Assembly (NCBI GenBank): GCA_000092065.1
Contig: CP000587.1
Direction: 5' to 3' (one strand)
From: Ostreococcus lucimarinus
Taxonomy: Eukaryota
Length of the DNA stretch: 64,000 nt
Part shown: piece by piece, positions 20,869 through 31,203 of the stretch
Layout: the number at the start of each line of letters is the position of its first letter
Position numbering within the stretch: position 1 is the stretch's first letter
Translations under genes and position numbers: made by a program
Notes under the pieces: generated by a model
Database searches by the model: none
Seen by the model: only the letters and a program-made list of their open reading frames with translations
Told to the model about the DNA's origin: nothing

Positions 20869-21579
20869 ATGAATAGAACCAATCAAATCGCACCAGTCAG
20901 CAGAACGCCGTCGCGCGCGACCGAGCGCGCGCGCGCTGAGACCTCGGTGATACGCGGTTCTGTTCTGAGCAGTTCTTCGTTTGACGCCGTGGACAACGCC
21001 GCGCTGGAGACGCCCTCGGACGAGCATTCGTTCGATACCGATGAACACGTTAACGTGGATGACGGCGACGACGTCGATGACGCGCGATCGACGCCAGAGA
21101 CGGTGGAGGAGACGCAGCGTTCGAACGGTGCTTCGTTGCACGCCTCGGACGCGACTTCGGCGACGACGAAAGGCGACGAGTCGCGCGATGAGGTTTCGCT
21201 GGAAGAAAATACGGACCCGCGAGCGAACGAAACGAACCCGACGAAGAAGCCGACGGGCGAGACGGTGACGTGCGGGCTCTCCAAGAACGTCGATTTCTTA
21301 CTCGTGAAGACTGGCCACGTGAAGTCGATATCAAAGCGTAAGGCGAAAACAACCACGGTGTCGCAGAAGAAACCGTCGAACGAGGTGGCGCTGGTGGAAA
21401 TGCCGCGCGCATCGCGCACGCTGACGACTGCAAACGACAAGCGCTCGACCGCACACACGTGGAAGTCGTGTCCGTTTGCTATTGCGCAAGGATCCGAGCC
21501 GGCGCCCGCCGGATCGCAACAGTGCGGTAACTGCAGAGCGTTGGATTTGTTTTATCTTGATTCGTCGTGGAATCAATGA
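20869..21579 (+). CDS. hypothetical acidic protein
   Basis: ORF track 236 aa, D/E/S/T-rich. No recognisable domain. Followed by an AT-richer 3' island at 21580-21826. Confidence 0.3.
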   Translation: MNRTNQIAPVSRTPSRATERARAETSVIRGSVLSSSSFDAVDNAALETPSDEHSFDTDEHVNVDDGDDVDDARSTPETVEETQRSNGASLHASDATSATTKGDESRDEVSLEENTDPRANETNPTKKPTGETVTCGLSKNVDFLLVKTGHVKSISKRKAKTTTVSQKKPSNEVALVEMPRASRTLTTANDKRSTAHTWKSCPFAIAQGSEPAPAGSQQCGNCRALDLFYLDSSWNQ

Positions 21580-21826
21580 CCGACGCCAGAGACGCATTTT
21601 AGCCTAACGACGTATATGTATGCACACGCTTATTGATTTTATCGCGCGATCGATTGAAATATTGAATATTGAAATAGTAATCGTCGCCGCGGCGCGGCGA
21701 CGTCGCGCGATCGGTTTCTCTCGCTTCTACTACGCGAGGCGTCAATTTAACGTACAATCATATCGCTGTGCTGAGAATTAAAAGCTGCGTCTAAGACGCA
21801 CAAGTGAACGAGACAGAAGTATGAAA

Positions 21827-22402
21827 CTAGCAGCAAGAGCTCTTCGCGTTGACGCTGCGACCTTCGCCCGGTCGCACGGTGTTTCCTCGCGGACCCGCGT
21901 TCATTTGCGGTTGGCTCGCCATGCGGTTCTTAATTTCGTTCGCCATGGTCATGAAAGCTTGCTCAACGTTCGTCGCATTCTTCGCCGACGTCTCTATGAA
22001 CGGGATCCCAATCTCATCCGCGAACGCCTTCGCCGTCGCGTAATCCACCACCTTTTGACTCGTCAAGTCGCTCTTATTCCCCACCAGCAACTTGTTCACA
22101 TTTTCGTTCGCGTAGCGATCGATCTCGTTCAACCATCCCTTCACCGCCTCAAAACTCTCCATGTCGGTCACATCGTACACGACGATGATGCCGTGCGCGC
22201 CGCGGTAGTACGACGACGTGATCGTCCGAAATCGTTCCTGCCCCGCGGTGTCCCAAATTTGAAGCTTGATCGTCTTACCCTCCAGCTCCACCGTGCGAAT
22301 CTTAAAATCAACCCCGATCGTCGAGATATACGTCCCCGTGTACGTATCGTCCGCGAAGCGAAGCAACAGACACGACTTACCGACGCCCGAGTCGCCGATG
22401 AG
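21827..22402 (-). CDS. RAB1: Rab1/Ypt1 GTPase exon 2 ([33 protein letters not shown]...WDTAGQERF...NKSD...SAK...SSCC*)
   Basis: All Rab G-boxes present. C-terminal CC prenylation motif. Acceptor CGCAG at 22403-22404. Confidence 0.85.
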   Translation of the reverse strand, partial: LIGDSGVGKSCLLLRFADDTYTGTYISTIGVDFKIRTVELEGKTIKLQIWDTAGQERFRTITSSYYRGAHGIIVVYDVTDMESFEAVKGWLNEIDRYANENVNKLLVGNKSDLTSQKVVDYATAKAFADEIGIPFIETSAKNATNVEQAFMTMANEIKNRMASQPQMNAGPRGNTVRPGEGRSVNAKSSCC

Positions 22403-22705
22403 CTGCGCGCGCGCGTCGATAGATCCGCCCTCGTCAGTCCTCGCGTCTCCCTCGCCTCCGTTCGCGCCTCCCGCGCCCGCGCGTCGATCCCGTCCTCGTC
22501 CGCGTCGCCTTCGCTCGCGTCCGCGCGCGCCCGTCCCTCGATCCCTCGCGTCACCGCGCGTCGCGGTCGAGCGTTCGCGTCGCGACGATCGCCCGTCTCA
22601 ACGGCACGCGGCGCGTTCGCGCGCGCGTCGCGTTCGCGCGCGCGCGCGCGCGTCGCGCGCGCGCGCGCCGAGGCGTCGGTCGTCGCGGCGACTCGTTCGA
22701 CGCAC

Positions 22706-22741
22706 CAGGAGCTTGAACAGGTAATCGTACTCGGGATTCAT
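22706..22741 (-). CDS. RAB1: Rab1 exon 1 (MNPEYDYLFKLL)
   Basis: ATG 22741. Exon ends CTG | GTGCGTCGAACG. Splicing gives the canonical [18 protein letters not shown]. The 303-nt intron ends ...gactgacgagggcggatctatcgacgcgcgcgcag. Confidence 0.7.
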
Positions 22742-23052
22742 CGTCGCGCGCGCGAGATTCTGGCGCGCGCGGGCGTCGCGCGCGCGCGATGGCGCGCGAT
22801 TTAGCGCCCCGAACCCTAGTGCGTGGCGTCGCATAGAAGGACGGTGCGAGCGCATCACGAAGTCAACTGTTTCGGCGGCGGCGCGACGCGCGCGCGCGCG
22901 CGCGCGGCCGCACACGACGACGCGCCTCGCGCCGTCGACGCGCGCAAACGTCGCTCGCACGCCGCGCGCGCGTCGCGCCGCCGCGCCCGCGACGCGCGTC
23001 GCGCGGGAGCGCGCGAAAACGACGCGCGAACGCCTCGCGAGGCGGCGCCGAC

Positions 23053-24252
23053 ATGACGAACGCGCCGATGGACGCCGACGGCGCGGGCGCGAGGGACGAC
23101 GGGGACGGGCGCACGGCGAATCTGGTGGTGACGAAACCGAAGGACATCGGCGACGCGGATTTCGCGAATTATTTTTGCACGTACGGGTACCTGTATCACC
23201 AGAAGGACATGCTGGAGGATCAGAATCGAATGACGGCGTACAGCGACGCGGTGCGATTGAATCCGGATTCGTTCAGGGGGAAGGTGGTGCTGGACGTGGG
23301 GACGGGATCTGGTGTGCTCGCGATGTGGGCGGCGCAAGCGGGGGCGAAGAAGGTGTACGCGGTGGAGGCGACGCACATGGCTGTGCAAGCGAGGAAAATC
23401 GTCGCGGCGAACGGGCTGAGCGACGTCGTGGAGGTGATACAAGGATCGATGGAGGAGGTGGAACTGCCGGAGAAGGTGGACGTGATCATCAGTGAATGGA
23501 TGGGGTACTTTTTATTGCGCGAGTCGATGTTTGATTCGGTGCTGTGCGCGAGGGATAAGTGGATGAAGCCGGGAGGGGCGATGTTTCCGTCGCACGCGAA
23601 GATGTATCTGAGCGCGATTAAGTCGAACAAGAGTGGGCAAAAATATCAAGAGCTTCAAGAGAGCTTGAACGTGTGGGAGGATTTCGTGCGGAACACGCAC
23701 GAAAATTATGGCATAGACTTGTCGTGCATGAACGGCGAATACGAAGATGAGCAAAAAGAGCACTATTTGAACACCGCGGCGTGGGTGGACATTCACCCGT
23801 CGCAAGTCATGGCTAAGCCGTTTACGTTGGCGAGCTTTGACTTGAACACGTGCTCGATGGACGACATCAAAGTTCTTCGCGACGTCGACTTCAAGCTGCG
23901 CCTGTTCGATGGACTCGCAGGGCCTTCGGGGGAGACGCGCGTCGGCGCGTTCGCGGGCTGGTTCGACGTCACGTTCGCGGGATCCAAGGAGAACCCGTGC
24001 GAGAACCCGGTCGAGCTCACGACAGCACCGGACGCGAACGGCGCCACGCACTGGGGTCAACAAGCGTTCTACATGTTTCCTGAGGTATACGCCAGCGATG
24101 GTCACTTCATTTCTGGTAAGTTTGACATGGTTCGTCGCAAGGAAAACCAACGCCTGTACAGCGTTCGGATGAACTGGACGCAGTCCGACACGGACGCTGG
24201 GCCGCCGAACGAGTCCATCGGCACGCGTGGGATCGTTTGGCAGATTGAGTGA
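23053..24252 (+). CDS. protein arginine N-methyltransferase (PRMT)
   Basis: SAM-binding VLDVGTGSGVLAMWAAQAGAKKVYAVEAT, then the ISEWMGYFLL double-E loop and a THWGQQ-type THW loop. Single exon. Confidence 0.85.
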   Translation: MTNAPMDADGAGARDDGDGRTANLVVTKPKDIGDADFANYFCTYGYLYHQKDMLEDQNRMTAYSDAVRLNPDSFRGKVVLDVGTGSGVLAMWAAQAGAKKVYAVEATHMAVQARKIVAANGLSDVVEVIQGSMEEVELPEKVDVIISEWMGYFLLRESMFDSVLCARDKWMKPGGAMFPSHAKMYLSAIKSNKSGQKYQELQESLNVWEDFVRNTHENYGIDLSCMNGEYEDEQKEHYLNTAAWVDIHPSQVMAKPFTLASFDLNTCSMDDIKVLRDVDFKLRLFDGLAGPSGETRVGAFAGWFDVTFAGSKENPCENPVELTTAPDANGATHWGQQAFYMFPEVYASDGHFISGKFDMVRRKENQRLYSVRMNWTQSDTDAGPPNESIGTRGIVWQIE

Positions 24253-24400
24253 GCGCTCAACCCTATCACTAATACTAGTACGGTTTAACCAAAGCTCACG
24301 CACATTTTTCCGCACGTCTCGTCCGTCTCTAGTCCGCGTTGACTGTTTGACTCCCCAACGCGCGACGACCTCACTCGCACGCGCGCGGCGATCGCGCTCC

Positions 24401-25420
24401 ATGTCCGCCGCGAGCGCCCTTGCGAGCGCGCGCGACGCGTTCGACGACGAGGACTACGACGAATCGCTGCAAATATGCGACGACGCTCTGGGAACCGGCG
24501 ACGAAGGTGAAAAAGTGGCGCTGCTGTGTCACCGCTCCAAGACATTTCTAGCGGTCGGGCTCGCGCAAGAGGCGTTCGCGGACGCCGTAGACGCGGTGGC
24601 GCTCGAGGGCGACAACTCCGAGGCGCTGCTCAGGCTCGGGATCGCGGCGTACGAGATCGGGGCGTATGCAAAGGCACGGGAAGCGCTCGAGCGCGGCGTC
24701 GGCGCCGAGCCGAGCGGGACGAGCCGACGCGCGACAACGATGAAGTGGCTCGAAAAGGCGAAAACGGCGGAAATGAAGGCGAGAGATGGCGGCGAAGATG
24801 CATCGCCACACGCGAACGACGAGCGTTTCAAGCGGGCGTGGTATCAGTCGCAGACGCACGCGACAGTGGAAATTTTCGCGCGAGGCGTCACGGCGGACGC
24901 GTTGACGTTGGATTTCAACGACGCTTGCGATGTGTTGCGGGTGACGATAGATGCTTTGAGTGGGGGCGATGCGCACGCGAAAATGTATGATCCATACATT
25001 TTAGAGCTGAAACTTTTCGGGGCGGTCGATCGCGAAAGTGGTGTGGTCAACGTGTCGCCGGCCAAGGTGGAGATTCGCATGAAGAAGAAGACACCCGGAC
25101 ACTGGAACGATCTCGAGCGACGGCCGGGAGGCGGATTATCGACATCGTCAGTGAACGCGTACAGTGAAGTAAAACCGCAAGCTGACAAGCGCACGGCGAA
25201 AGATTGGGACGCTCTGGAGGCAGAGCTTGACGCCGAGCTCTCGGAAGAAAAGCCCGAAGGCGAAGCGGCGTTGAACGAGCTTTTTCAAAAGATTTACATG
25301 AACGCAGATGATGACACTCGGCGCGCGATGAATAAATCATTTCAGGAGAGCGCCGGGACGGTCCTGAGCACGGATTGGAAAGACGTGGGCTCAAAAACTG
25401 TCACTCCTGAGGCGCCGTGA
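24401..25420 (+). CDS. SGT1: SGT1 (suppressor of G2 allele of SKP1) homolog: TPR + CS + SGS domains
   Basis: C-terminal SGS block KDWDALEAE...ALNELFQKIYMNADDDTRRAMNKSFQESAGTVLSTDWKDVG. Central CS-like domain. N-terminal TPR-like helices. Start at MSAASALAS (24401). Confidence 0.7.
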   Translation: MSAASALASARDAFDDEDYDESLQICDDALGTGDEGEKVALLCHRSKTFLAVGLAQEAFADAVDAVALEGDNSEALLRLGIAAYEIGAYAKAREALERGVGAEPSGTSRRATTMKWLEKAKTAEMKARDGGEDASPHANDERFKRAWYQSQTHATVEIFARGVTADALTLDFNDACDVLRVTIDALSGGDAHAKMYDPYILELKLFGAVDRESGVVNVSPAKVEIRMKKKTPGHWNDLERRPGGGLSTSSVNAYSEVKPQADKRTAKDWDALEAELDAELSEEKPEGEAALNELFQKIYMNADDDTRRAMNKSFQESAGTVLSTDWKDVGSKTVTPEAP

Positions 25421-25523
25421 TGGAAACGCGCAATTTAGAGATCGGTACGAACACACGGGTTTAGATTTGATGAATTCACACCGCACTAGTAAAGCTATGA
25501 TTTGCGACGTCGTCTTTTCGCGC

Positions 25524-26320
25524 TTAAAAACAAATCGTGTCCAGCATCACCCCGAGCGTCTGCACGATGTTATCCGCCATGAGCTTTTGCACGTTCTCGC
25601 TGAGATGTTTCTTCGGATCCTGCCGGCCGACGTTTTTCACCACGAGCTCTTGCGCCGTCAGCTTGTCCTCCTCCACGACGGCCTTTTCGTACTTGGTCGC
25701 CAACTCCTTGAGCTCGAGCACGACGTTTTCGTTTTGCTTCTCTTGCTCGTCGAACTTGTTCACCTTCAAACCCGCGCTCCACTTCGACTTGTTCAAATTC
25801 AACAACATCTTTTCTTCCAGCACCGATTTGGCGTACGAAATGCCGATGCTGTAGTAGTGCCTATTCAACCCGTGGATCAACGCGCTGATCGAAGGTTTGT
25901 TCAAGTGCCCCAGATTCGACGTCGTTTGTCTCGGCTCCTGACCGAGCATGATCGTCTGCGGATTAATCAATCGAAACGCATCGATCACCACCTTCCCTCG
26001 CACGCTCTGCACCGGGTCGATGACCACGGCGACGAGCCTCGGGTTCAACTGCTCGAACGACTGCTGCGTGTTGATGTCCACCCCCGACAGCCAGCACCCG
26101 AACCCAGGGTGCGAGTGGTACCAACCCACCACCATCTCCTCTCGCCCGGTCTGCTTCAACATGTCTAACATTTTCGTTTGAAACACCGGATCGACCGCCT
26201 CCACGCTGACCCCCGTGCCGCTCTGCGGCATCGCGAAGACGTCCACCACCGTCACCGTGTACTCATCGACGAACTGTCCGAGCATCAGGCCCATGACTTC
26301 CATCGGCACTCCCGCGCGAC
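25524..26320 (-). CDS. RPN11: 26S proteasome lid subunit RPN11/PSMD14 (JAMM deubiquitinase), exon 2
   Basis: [22 protein letters not shown]...JAMM motif [14 protein letters not shown]. Acceptor AAATAG at 26321-26322. Confidence 0.85.
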
Positions 26321-26456
26321 CTATTTCGAGCGACGGCGGCGTCCATCGGTCAGTCCACGCCCGCGCGTCGCGCACACGACCGCGATCGTCTCGAGATTTC
26401 GCGTCAGATCCAACAGTCAACTCGACGATGATTCGTCGCTCGCGTCGCGCGCTCAC

Positions 26457-26583
26457 CGTGTTTGAGCATTTTGAGCAGCGCTAAGCTAGATATGTACACT
26501 TGTTCCGCGGTGTCGACCTGCGCGGCGTCACCAGCGCCGGGCATGGCGCCGGGCATACCGCCAGATTGCATCAAGCGTTGCAT
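26457..26583 (-). CDS. RPN11: RPN11 exon 1 ([43 protein letters not shown])
   Basis: ATG 26583. Donor G | GTGAGC. The spliced junction [15 protein letters not shown] matches the conserved RPN11 N-terminus. Coordinates anchored to the ORF track. Confidence 0.65.
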
Positions 26584-26626
26584 GGCGAGAGGCTCGGTGT
26601 GCGGTGCGTCGTCGTTGCAACGAGGA

Positions 26627-28072
26627 CTACGCGATCGGGCGAATCATGGTCGCTGGATTGTTCTCGAACGTATCGGGGTGAACTTCGTAAGAATCGAACC
26701 TCCAACCGAGCTTGCGCGCGGATGGTAGCGCCAGCCGCGTGAGCACGTCGGTCGGCGTCACGACGCGCAGAGGCGAGCCTTCTAAATCGACGACGAAGAC
26801 GTGATGGATGGAGTTCTTCGCGAGCGCACCCAGGACGTCGATGAAATCAGCGTCCTCGGTGAGGGTAACGAGTGGAATGCGCGTGAGCGCTCGTGACTTG
26901 AGGTATCGTTCGACTGTGTCGCACAGCGCGTCGACATCGAACACGGCTTCGCGAATGTCGGATACGGAAAGGACGTCGATCAATTTACCGCGCGGTTCGT
27001 CGACCACGCCCAGACACGAGTGACCGGTGACGTGCATCATCACGAATGCATCGAGTAAGCGCGTCTCCGGGAACACGCACATGACGTCAGAGTCGGGGAA
27101 AACGCGGTGCGATTTCCGCGCGCCCAAGCCCAGCGACGTCAAGTTTCGACGCTTGAGGGCGTCGTCGAACGAATCGCTGTTGTCGTACAGAAACTGCACA
27201 ATATCAGCTTGACTGACGAGCGCCTCGACAACCATCTTCTCTTTCATCTCATCCTTGTCGTCGGGTTTGAGCGAGTACGTGCACACGCGATGACACACGT
27301 GCGCCTGGCGAGGCGCGATGAAGTCCCCTGCGGTGACGATGTGGCGCAGGAAGCCGGATCGAACGAGCTCGAGAAGATCCGCATCCGCCGCCGCTACGCG
27401 ACTCACCATTCTCCCGTCTTCCTCACTGTGTGTCTTTCGTCGCGCTTCTTTGAGCGTCATGTTCAGCACTTCATCGATCGCGTTTTTCACGTCCTCCGGC
27501 GAGATCGAGGAGAGCCATTCGCGGCGATGATTATCGAGTTCGACCTCTCGGCGCTCGACAGATTCACCGCTCAGCCGTTCCGCGGAAGTCACGGTTCGAA
27601 ACGCGTGTCGAAGCACGCCCCACGCCGAGTGCACGTGAGGCTGCCCCGTCAACGCAGCCGTCTCCCGAACGATCTCTCGACCCGGCGGCTTCGCGCGTTG
27701 AATCGCCGCCGCGACGTCTCGGAGAATGTCGAAAACGCTGCACCACCCTATGAAAGTTTTCGCATCACCGGTGAGCACGGGCGCGCTCGACACGTTAAAC
27801 GCGCGCATGAACTCGATACACTCCGACATACTGAGCGTGTCCGCGAGCATCAGAGGCGGCGTCCGATCGCTCTCGCCGTAGTATTCATCCAAGTAATCCT
27901 CCACGCGGTGGCTCCCGAGAAGTTTTCGCCCGCTCTCGAAGGATGCAAAGACGTCGCGGCGAAACGTTTCTTCCGCGGCGGCGAGCGAGTCGTCCTGCAA
28001 CGCGTGAAGCGGTCGGCCGAGCTCGTCCTCGAGAAGTTTCGTTGGTTTTTGCTTTCGTTCTTCGATCGACAT
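26627..28072 (-). CDS. CBS-domain pair protein (AMPK-gamma/CBSX-like)
   Basis: Several CBS-like segments ([43 protein letters not shown]). Start at MSIEERKQK (28072). Confidence 0.55.
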   Translation of the reverse strand: MSIEERKQKPTKLLEDELGRPLHALQDDSLAAAEETFRRDVFASFESGRKLLGSHRVEDYLDEYYGESDRTPPLMLADTLSMSECIEFMRAFNVSSAPVLTGDAKTFIGWCSVFDILRDVAAAIQRAKPPGREIVRETAALTGQPHVHSAWGVLRHAFRTVTSAERLSGESVERREVELDNHRREWLSSISPEDVKNAIDEVLNMTLKEARRKTHSEEDGRMVSRVAAADADLLELVRSGFLRHIVTAGDFIAPRQAHVCHRVCTYSLKPDDKDEMKEKMVVEALVSQADIVQFLYDNSDSFDDALKRRNLTSLGLGARKSHRVFPDSDVMCVFPETRLLDAFVMMHVTGHSCLGVVDEPRGKLIDVLSVSDIREAVFDVDALCDTVERYLKSRALTRIPLVTLTEDADFIDVLGALAKNSIHHVFVVDLEGSPLRVVTPTDVLTRLALPSARKLGWRFDSYEVHPDTFENNPATMIRPIA

Positions 28073-28173
28073 CGCGCGCGACGAGGCGATATGTGGCGTT
28101 TGACATGTGACGTTCGCGTCGGAGTCTCTCCGTGTATATGAAACAAAACTACTGTGACAGCCGGACGATCGGG

Positions 28174-28527
28174 TCAAAATCCACCGCCAATTTGAGCCTG
28201 CGCGCACAGCCCACTCGCTAACTTTGACTCCTCGATCGCCTTATCCCGCTCGGTCTTCATCAGCTCGTAGAGCTTCGTCTTCAACTCGAGCTCTTGTTGC
28301 AACACCTGCACCGTCTGATCGCGATTTAGCAACTCATTCTCCTTACTCTCGAGTTCGAGCTCGCGCTCCGCGAGCTCCTCGCGCAAATCTGCAAGTTGTT
28401 TCATTCGTCCCCGTCGATCGGGCTTTTCGCTCTTCGGCTTACTCTCCGCCGTTTCGGCGTTCGTCGTCGCGCTCTTCGATTCCGACTTCGTCGCCTCGGC
28501 GTTCGGCGCCGTCTCGCCGTTCGCCAT
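28174..28527 (-). CDS. small coiled-coil protein (hypothetical)
   Basis: C-terminal heptad-rich MKQLADLREELAERELELESKENELL...KTKLYELMKTERDKAIEE. The ORF continues upstream to 29268 as GC-rich low complexity, probably not coding. Confidence 0.25.
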   Translation of the reverse strand: MANGETAPNAEATKSESKSATTNAETAESKPKSEKPDRRGRMKQLADLREELAERELELESKENELLNRDQTVQVLQQELELKTKLYELMKTERDKAIEESKLASGLCAQAQIGGGF

Positions 28528-29065
28528 CACCACCCCCGGCGCGCTCACCTCGGCCGCCGTCGACGCCTCACCGACGATTTCACCGCTCTGCGCGCGCTCG
28601 ATCGTCGCATCGCCGCGCGCGACGCTCTCGACGTCGTCCGCCGCGCTCGCGCCGCCGCCGCTCGCCACGACGAGCGCCGCGCACGCCGCCGCCGCCGCCC
28701 GACCGAGCGTCCCAGCCGCGCGTCGCGCCGCGCCCTCGCGCGCGGCGTCGCCGTCGTCGAGCGCGACGCCCGTCGCGCGTCGACCGTCCGTCGCGCGCGT
28801 CCCTCGCGCGCCGCGCGCGTCGCGCGGCGTCGACCGCGCGCGACGTCGATTCGTCGCGTCACCGATTCGCGCGCGTCGTCGCGTCGACGCGACGCAGACG
28901 GCCGCGACGCGCGCGGCGTCGCGCGATCCGACGTGCGCGCGCGCCATGGCTCGCGCGCGCGCGCGCGTCGACGACGTTCGACGTCGTCGCGTTGTGCGGT
29001 CGGGCGCGCGCGCGAGGCGCGCGGACGGCACATCGACGCACGCGGCGCCGATCGACGACGCCGCG

Positions 29066-29797
29066 ATGCGGCGACGCGCGATGCACGACACGTTCGGGTA
29101 CGGCGCGCAGCCCGGGCCGGCGCCGGGGGTGTACGCGCCGGGAGAGGGCGCGAACTCCGGGCCGGGGCTGATGCCGTTCGACGGGTCGTCGCAAAAGAAA
29201 CGGAGAAACGCGGCCGCGGAGCGCATCAAGAAGACGTTCAACCCGTGGCACCTGGTCCTGGTGTTCATGACGCTGTTTCTGTACCTGAGTTATTACAGTC
29301 GCAAGGAGGTGGTGAGCAAAAGACGCGTGAGAAAGCACAAGGATGGGCTGGAGGGGGATTTGCGAGAGGTGCGAGCGCGAATGACGACGCTCGAACACGA
29401 CCTGTTTGTGCGCAGCAAAGAGCACGAAACGCTGACGCGAGAGTTGGATTCGATGCGACGCGAGCACGAGACGACGAAACACGAGCTAGAGGCGAAGAAG
29501 ATTGAGGTGAAGGAACACGTCGAGCGGGCGGCGAGCAAGCCGGTTCGAGCGGGCGACGTCTCGACGTGCCAAAAGGAGGTGAAGACGCTGAAGACGGAGA
29601 TGGAGTTGATGAGACACAAGTGCAGAGTGACGGAGCTAGAGTTAGAGCGCGCGAAACACGAAGCGGAGTTCATGAAGGAGCACATCAGAGAGGAAGTCAT
29701 CAAGGAGGATATCGAGCAACTCGAGAAGCAAATCGAAATCGATGAAAAGGCTGAGGCTGAGGCTGCGGCTCGCGAAGAAGTATCGCACTTTTCGTGA
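29066..29797 (+). CDS. single-pass membrane coiled-coil protein (hypothetical)
   Basis: TM helix WHLVLVFMTLFLYLSYY followed by a long K/E-rich coiled coil. Start at MRRRAMHD (29066). Confidence 0.35.
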   Translation: MRRRAMHDTFGYGAQPGPAPGVYAPGEGANSGPGLMPFDGSSQKKRRNAAAERIKKTFNPWHLVLVFMTLFLYLSYYSRKEVVSKRRVRKHKDGLEGDLREVRARMTTLEHDLFVRSKEHETLTRELDSMRREHETTKHELEAKKIEVKEHVERAASKPVRAGDVSTCQKEVKTLKTEMELMRHKCRVTELELERAKHEAEFMKEHIREEVIKEDIEQLEKQIEIDEKAEAEAAAREEVSHFS

Positions 29798-29874
29798 TCG
29801 AACGGTAAATAGTATTCTTTTCATTCGAACAGTACAACTATACCTTTCTGATCTACCTTTCTATCGGCATCGCG

Positions 29875-31053
29875 CTACGTCAAGTCTACGGTCTCGATGT
29901 CGTTCCCCCCGCGCTCGTCGAGCTTTCGAGATTTTCCACGCAGCGTGAGAAGCAACCCGAAATGATCACTCGGCACAACGGGTAGCTCTAGTATTTGCGC
30001 CTTGCCGCGGTTGCTAACCGTTTTATGATACGTCACGCCTGGAATCGGATCGGTGCCCACCATCTCAACGCGTTTGACGTCAAAGTGCTTGAGTTTCACG
30101 AACGCCCGATCGAGACGCTTTTGCAGATAGCCACGAAGCATGGCGTTCTTGCGAGCGTCGTACGTGAAACCCGGATCGCCAGGCCGCGCCTCTAGCCACG
30201 CATCGCGCCAACCGTCGGGTAAAGGCACGGCGCCATCTTTGTCGTCCCAATTCGTATCGCCCATGAAAATCGCGTTCTCGTGCTGGTTCAGCCACGAAAA
30301 ACACTCAGACATTTGCACGGCGCGTTCGCGCGCGCTCGTTCGACTGGCGCTGATGTACGATTCCAGGTGCGACGTACCGAGCGCGAACGTCGCCCGGCTG
30401 CTCGGGCATCGCATATGACTGACGACGTCTAAATATCGTCCCATTTGCGAATTTCTAAACGCGTACTGATCTCGCTTCAAAACCTCACTGCGAACCACGC
30501 GCTTGAACAGCATCATGCTAAAATACTCTTGCAACGGGGGCTTGGGCCCGACCACGTAGGCATCCCACCACGGCTGCGCCCGCAACACGAACAACGCTTG
30601 CGGCGTCACCTCTTGCAAGCACACCACATGCGCGTCGCACGTCTCGATCACCTTCCCGAGCGCCTCCAACCGCTCCGCCTGCGCCACGTCTCCGAACCAC
30701 ACGTTATACGTCAACAATCTCAAATCTCCTTTTTCGATCGCGACGCCTTCGCGCGAGTCCTCCGCGTTCGCTTTCGGTTTCGCCGGCGCCGCCGTCGCGC
30801 GAAGCGTCTCCGACGTCTTCTCGCCCGCGCTCGGCGCGTTCACCATCGTCATCGCCAGCGCCCGCGCGCGCTCGTTCGCGCGCTCGCGAGTCACGTCTTT
30901 CGCGGACGGCCCCGGCGCGATCCCGCGTCGTTCGAGGCGTTCGGCGTGGAGCGCGGCGAGCCATCCGTTGTCGGAAGCCGTTCCAGCTGTCGTCTTTGGA
31001 TTTGAATCGACGTCGGCGCTCGTTTTCGCGCGTTTCGAGCGCGGCGACGACAT
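29875..31053 (-). CDS. tyrosyl-DNA phosphodiesterase 2 (TDP2)-like EEP-family phosphodiesterase
   Basis: EEP blocks LRLLTYNVWF, HVVCLQEV, GDTNWDD, VPSDHFGLLL. Basic nuclear-localisation-like N-terminus. Confidence 0.65.
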   Translation of the reverse strand: MSSPRSKRAKTSADVDSNPKTTAGTASDNGWLAALHAERLERRGIAPGPSAKDVTRERANERARALAMTMVNAPSAGEKTSETLRATAAPAKPKANAEDSREGVAIEKGDLRLLTYNVWFGDVAQAERLEALGKVIETCDAHVVCLQEVTPQALFVLRAQPWWDAYVVGPKPPLQEYFSMMLFKRVVRSEVLKRDQYAFRNSQMGRYLDVVSHMRCPSSRATFALGTSHLESYISASRTSARERAVQMSECFSWLNQHENAIFMGDTNWDDKDGAVPLPDGWRDAWLEARPGDPGFTYDARKNAMLRGYLQKRLDRAFVKLKHFDVKRVEMVGTDPIPGVTYHKTVSNRGKAQILELPVVPSDHFGLLLTLRGKSRKLDERGGNDIETVDLT

Positions 31054-31203
31054 CGCCGGCGTTCGTCGCGCGACGAACGCGACGCGGCGCGCGCGGGCGG
31101 CGATGCGGGCGCGCGTGGTGCCGTTGCCCGCGCGCTCGCGAGTGCGGCGCGCGCGCCGGCGTCGCGGGAAACAATTCGTGTTTTACAAGAGCGAGCGCGT
31201 CGG

